DNA of 63,929 nt, counting the filler, from Nemertoderma westbladi (Eukaryota; Animalia; Xenacoelomorpha): NCBI GenBank assembly GCA_032718475.1. It is 5 parts of 5 records of this genome, joined end to end, with 100 filler letters (N's around TTAATTAATTAA, not from the genome) between each part and the next. Parts side by side here need not be neighbours in the genome. Positions count along the whole stretch, not along the records: positions 60,538 to 63,929 come from JAUCBJ010004476.1; 4 more parts are not named here. One strand, written 5' to 3'. Position numbers and translations under genes: made by a program. Under the pieces are notes generated by a model. That model ran no database searches. It was not told where the DNA came from and saw nothing but the letters and a program-made list of their open reading frames with translations. Positions 60,960-63,929 of this stretch are shown piece after piece; positions within the stretch are counted from its first letter, which is position 1, and every line of letters starts with the position of its first letter.

Positions 60960-61469
60960 CCCTACTACTGGCGTCCTTATCCCAGAACAAAGGGGGTCCT
61001 AGTTACAGGACCAGATTTGCCCTAGTAAGAGGGTCTATGCAGCTACAGGTGGCACCTCCTTTATGCTGCATGGAGGTGGCAAGTTTTCTTGATCAATGAC
61101 CTAGATTAAATTAACGTCAAGATGTTTGCAGGGCTAGAATACCTGACCTGACCTGAAGTTACAGTAGTTAGTTTTCGATTTATGAAATAATTTACCATTC
61201 TGAATGTAATTTTATAAATTACCATAGGCCTATTGAATTATGCCTAGTGAAATTACAATCGCATAGGCCTCCTCTACTACAACAGTCTACGTACGTGGGG
61301 CCTTCACGCAGCACGAGCTACAGTTATGAGACACAAATTAAAAATTGAGCGAATCTATCACAAAATCTGTAGGGCCTACGGTATTTGAGAAATTTAACCG
61401 CCAATCAAACAAAGAAAGAGGGACAGTATGTGTTCCCTTCTCCTCACCCTTTAATCTCCACCCCAACCC

Positions 61470-61797
61470 TAAGGCACACAGTACCAGTACGTGAGATTGA
61501 TGGCAGCTAGTGTGAACCATTCTGAGCAATGCTCCACACATTCCTATCAATTGGCAGCAACTTGATTATGTTGACGCTCCCTCATATTGTGCCCGTACGA
61601 CAGACAGTATCCTCTGCGAGAAGGAACGAGTCAAAAAGCAGCACCACTGTTGCATTAGCGAGCAGCTGCGCTTGACCTTCACCCCCCTAGCGATGACTTC
61701 GGATGGTGTGTGGGGCAGAGAGGCATCTCACTTTATCCATCACTTGGCGGCAAAGTTGTCAGAGAAGGACAGTTGGAACGAGAAACCTCCAGGGTTC
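61470..61797 (+). mobile_element. CRE-like non-LTR C-terminal fragment, related to 36490-36990
   Basis: DSILCEKERVKKQHH..EQLRLTFTPLAMTSDGVWGREASHFIHHLA..WNEKP. Confidence 0.75.
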
Positions 61798-62914
61798 ATT
61801 GAGAATGTTTGGAAGGGCGGATGTAAGTTGAAGTAGTACTGAGATTGTTATGCCCTAACACCTGTTGCGCATAGTTCACAGGAATATCTTGATCAACTAA
61901 GGCTTGTGCAGACCCCCTGCGACAACTCATCAACGTGATCTTCCTCCCATCTTTGTTAATACCGGCTGCGCTTGCTAATCGGCTGACGATATCGGAGAAT
62001 GAGTTCTTACCTGTCGGTTGTTGGCAATACCACTCGGCATTCCCCGATGAAGGAACCAAAGCCTTGGGTCGCATCCAGTAGGGCTCATCGACAACAACAA
62101 CACCCGCAGGAAACCTTTTTGCCATGTACGTTTCATGAAGAGTGACGGGACAGATCTTCCTATTTTCGACCACTTCATACGCCCTATTTTTCGCCTGCCT
62201 CCTGTTTTTTAGTGCCTCGCCCTTTTCTGTTTTCGTTCTTCTCTCCAGAAATTCTAGAAAGTATTTGTCTTCTTTGGGACAGTAATGTTTCGTAATATCA
62301 CCAGCTCTCATCTGACGCATTTCCTCACCTGGACGTGATCCGAAGTGTGTCAGTAATACAATATACAGCGTGTCACGCAGTTGTAACGGTGTTTCATATC
62401 CTAACAACCCCTTCTCCATAATCAAACGGAAGTCAGAAACCTCAATCGCATCACTCTGGTTTGAAAAATTCCCCTTTCCTTCAGCTTTTAATTGACTCAT
62501 TCGTGTCTGAAATATGGTCTTTGTACTCTTGAACTCAGGTAAACCGAGTACATTACCTAATCCCAGATCCTTGAAGTGCCTAAGTAGACCATAGTAATAG
62601 GTTCTAAGTGTAGTTGTTTCGAATTTCTCACCAGTTTTTTTCTTATACCGTTTGATAAATCCATTGGTGTGATCAGCTAGCTCCTGCACTGTAAGTTCGG
62701 TGACGTCTTTTCCACAACGAACAAGTTTCATATAGTTCTTTAGGGCTGCAACAGACTGTTTCGTAGATTCCACAGTGTTTGAATTTCGATTTCCGTGTAT
62801 ATAAGCTTCATCATCAACTTCTTGTGAAAGTCTTAAATCTATTGGGTCATTTTCATTCTCAGCGAAGTCACCATCTTCCGTTATGATTTCCATTAACGCT
62901 TCTATATCATCCAT
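61796..62914 (-). CDS. Tyrosine recombinase, Crypton/DUF3504-like (372 aa, probably C-terminally truncated)
   Basis: RNSNTV..KKTGEKF..TLRTY; HFGSRPGEEMR (R); RRTKT (K); CPV; WY..QPTGKN; MSCR; LGH; TY. Confidence 0.85.
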   Translation of the reverse strand: MDDIEALMEIITEDGDFAENENDPIDLRLSQEVDDEAYIHGNRNSNTVESTKQSVAALKNYMKLVRCGKDVTELTVQELADHTNGFIKRYKKKTGEKFETTTLRTYYYGLLRHFKDLGLGNVLGLPEFKSTKTIFQTRMSQLKAEGKGNFSNQSDAIEVSDFRLIMEKGLLGYETPLQLRDTLYIVLLTHFGSRPGEEMRQMRAGDITKHYCPKEDKYFLEFLERRTKTEKGEALKNRRQAKNRAYEVVENRKICPVTLHETYMAKRFPAGVVVVDEPYWMRPKALVPSSGNAEWYCQQPTGKNSFSDIVSRLASAAGINKDGRKITLMSCRRGSAQALVDQDIPVNYAQQVLGHNNLSTTSTYIRPSKHSQ

Positions 62915-63929
62915 TGCGTCACGTACACGGCTACAACGCTCAACTAAAGTGTTAGGTGCAAGTTCTATAAACTTTACAAAGTGATGCTAACAAGGACAAA
63001 CAGTGGCACTACTTACTATAGTATAGTATGTGTACCCATAAACGAGTTTTTGCTATTATAGCTAGTTTTTGCTACTTTTTATTTACGAAATATTCTATGT
63101 GATGTTAGCTATTGGTAGGTAAAAAAATTATACTCTAGAACAAATGTGTTTTGTTCTAGAACATTTTTTAAAATAGACTAATTTTATTAGAAATTGTTGT
63201 TATGAGTAATACATTGTTTAATTATCTATAAACATTAATAGCTACCAATTGCTTGCTAGCTTAAGCGATTTTGCAAGTTAGCTATTATTTTTTTAAAAAT
63301 AAATTTATTGTCAAATAGGCCCCTACCGGCCGAACAATAGCTAACATGACATAGATCATTTCTAAAAAAAGTCGAAAAAACTAGCTACTACAAAAAAATA
63401 ACGTTTAAGGGTACACATACTATAATAGCATACTACAGTAGGCCTACACCTTGCCCCAGAATATAGTGTCGTAATTCAATGACACGAACGCCCCCCCCCC
63501 CCCCCTAATTTTTCTACAAATCTTAATGAGATTGTATGTATGTATATACATACATGTATTGACGCTATATTCCGGGGCTGGTGTATAATATAATACCAGT
63601 ATAAACGTATTGTAGCAGTGAGAGCAGAGAAAGTGAATAGTTTTCTAGAACTTTTATCACTATTTCTATAACGACAATAAATCTTACAATTATGTATTTA
63701 ATTCATTGGAGAATTTTTGCATAGTCACCACAGTAGCTAGCAGTTAGAATACAAACTTTAAATATATTTAATTTCATTGGCCAGTTAATAATTAATGCAT
63801 GTTTGTTTATTTTATTGCTATGTTACGCGGGAAATAACTGGTTATATTCCCTAGGGCGAAATCGGTTATTTTTTTGCCGTAGACTAGCATTATTTTTTAT
63901 TTATAAACCATTTAGAATGGGTAATAACA

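Overview
This is AT-rich eukaryotic DNA, most likely from an invertebrate animal, and it is almost entirely nested transposable elements. Four 100-bp artificial gaps (44 N + TTAATTAATTAA + 44 N) split it into five segments, so adjacency across gaps is uncertain. Main contents: (1) a PIF/Harbinger transposon (~2990-13155) whose transposase is interrupted by a MITE/intron, an intact-looking CsRn1-type Ty3/Gypsy LTR retrotransposon and a LINE; (2) a near-identical duplication of 1-2175 at 15827-18001; (3) many LINE remnants (RTE, CR1/L2, Rex1/Babar, CRE), a Penelope remnant, tRNA-derived SINEs, Sola- and Kolobok-like elements, and Helentron-like elements with internal tandem arrays; (4) a second, full-length Harbinger (54922-59224) inside an L2 LINE; (5) a Crypton-like tyrosine recombinase ORF; (6) one host-type gene, an intronless, divergent ACSF2-like acyl-CoA synthetase. 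The most interesting signals are TE-borne CTCF-like motif arrays near that gene, an insertion whose target duplication could form a perfect intron, a -1 frameshift pseudoknot, and the tyrosine recombinase with a non-canonical catalytic motif. I see no CRISPR array, rRNA or prokaryotic system. All family calls come from motif recognition by eye, not database searches, and many boundaries are approximate.
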